Part shown: positions 63,426 through 64,000 of the stretch, piece by piece
How the letters are laid out: each line of letters begins with the position of its first letter
Position numbering within the stretch: position 1 is the stretch's first letter
NCBI GenBank assembly: GCA_963816145.1
Contig: CAWFJP010000014.1
Location: forward strand, 685,705-749,704
Origin: an uncultured delta proteobacterium
GTDB taxonomy: Bacteria > Desulfobacterota > Binatia > UBA9968
Length of the DNA stretch: 64,000 nucleotides
Direction: 5' to 3'
Notes under the pieces: generated by a model
Seen by the model: only the letters and a program-made list of their open reading frames with translations
What the model was told of the DNA's origin: nothing
The model's database searches: none
Program-made: the position numbers and the translations under genes

Positions 63426-63810
63426 ATGCACGGTCACCTCGATTCCCGCTTAAGTCAGGCCAGCGAGCCCACCCCGTGGGACACCGTCGATGACGCGCTG
63501 CGACGTGCAGAGCTGTACTGGCTCACCACCGTCCGCGGCAACGCCGCCCGCACGTGACTCCGCTCGTGGGCGTCTGGGCCGACGAGAGCTTCTGTTCTGC
63601 GTGGGACCGTAGGAGCAGAAGGCGCACAACCTGAATCATCACGCCGACGTCGTCGTCACCACCGGCACCAACACCTGGCAGGACGGGCTCGACATCGTGA
63701 TCGAGGGCACCGCCGAACGCGTCACTGACACAGCCGCGCTGCATGCGCTCGCCGATGACTTCCGCGAAAAGTACGCCGGAGAGTGGGATTTCGGCCGCCG
63801 CAGGTGGCTG
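63426..63810 (+). CDS. Pyridoxamine 5'-phosphate oxidase family protein (frameshifted)
   Basis: Hand translation PTPW..AELYWLTTVR..RPHVTPLVGVW..K.HNL..VIEGTA. Confidence 0.65.
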
Positions 63811-64000
63811 TCTGCCGCGATGTGCGAGGATCGGCAGATGATCGACGTTGATCTGCCTCACACCGAGGGGGTTCCGGAGATCGTGAGGTCATTCGCCGCA
63901 TGCGTGGCGTCGGTGACCGAAACGCCAGTTATCCGATGTGCCCCAGCCACGAGCAGACCTGCGCGGAGCCATCGCGCATTGGCGAAGCTGGCTGGCCGGC

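Overview
Bacterial DNA of moderately high GC with Deltaproteobacteria-like gene order (possibly Ca. Binatia; taxonomy is inference only). 1-38954 is mostly core: TPP enzyme, SirB1-like, B12/radical SAM, ftsE-ftsX-envC-ctpA-xseA-M23-xseB ... ispA-dxs-tlyA-GDPD, rpsU-yqeY-cvpA-dnaG-rpoD-tRNA(CAT). An ~18 kb light/photo-oxidative protection cluster (11351-29188) separates the normally adjacent xseB and ispA. It holds crtE-crtI-crtB, cruF, a glycosyltransferase, an acyltransferase, a class II photolyase, a FabF/methyltransferase/FAD-oxidoreductase trio and an unusual cobalamin-binding regulator with a C-terminal XRE HTH in place of CarH's N-terminal MerR domain. Two related tyrosine-integrase islands sit in tandem at the tRNA 3' end (att cores at 38931, 48145, 51301). 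In both, the integrase ORF reads through the att core and carries candidate arm-type sites, which have near-identical geometry but different sequence in the two islands. Cargo includes an orphan integron-cassette-like hydrolase, SRAP fragments, a GIY-YIG-HTH protein, small lipoproteins (one SUEL-lectin-like) and IS remnants. A patchwork of stress/storage genes follows, then an abrupt junction at ~60765 to actinobacterial-looking, indel-rich DNA (probable chimera). Several single-base frameshifts look like long-read errors.
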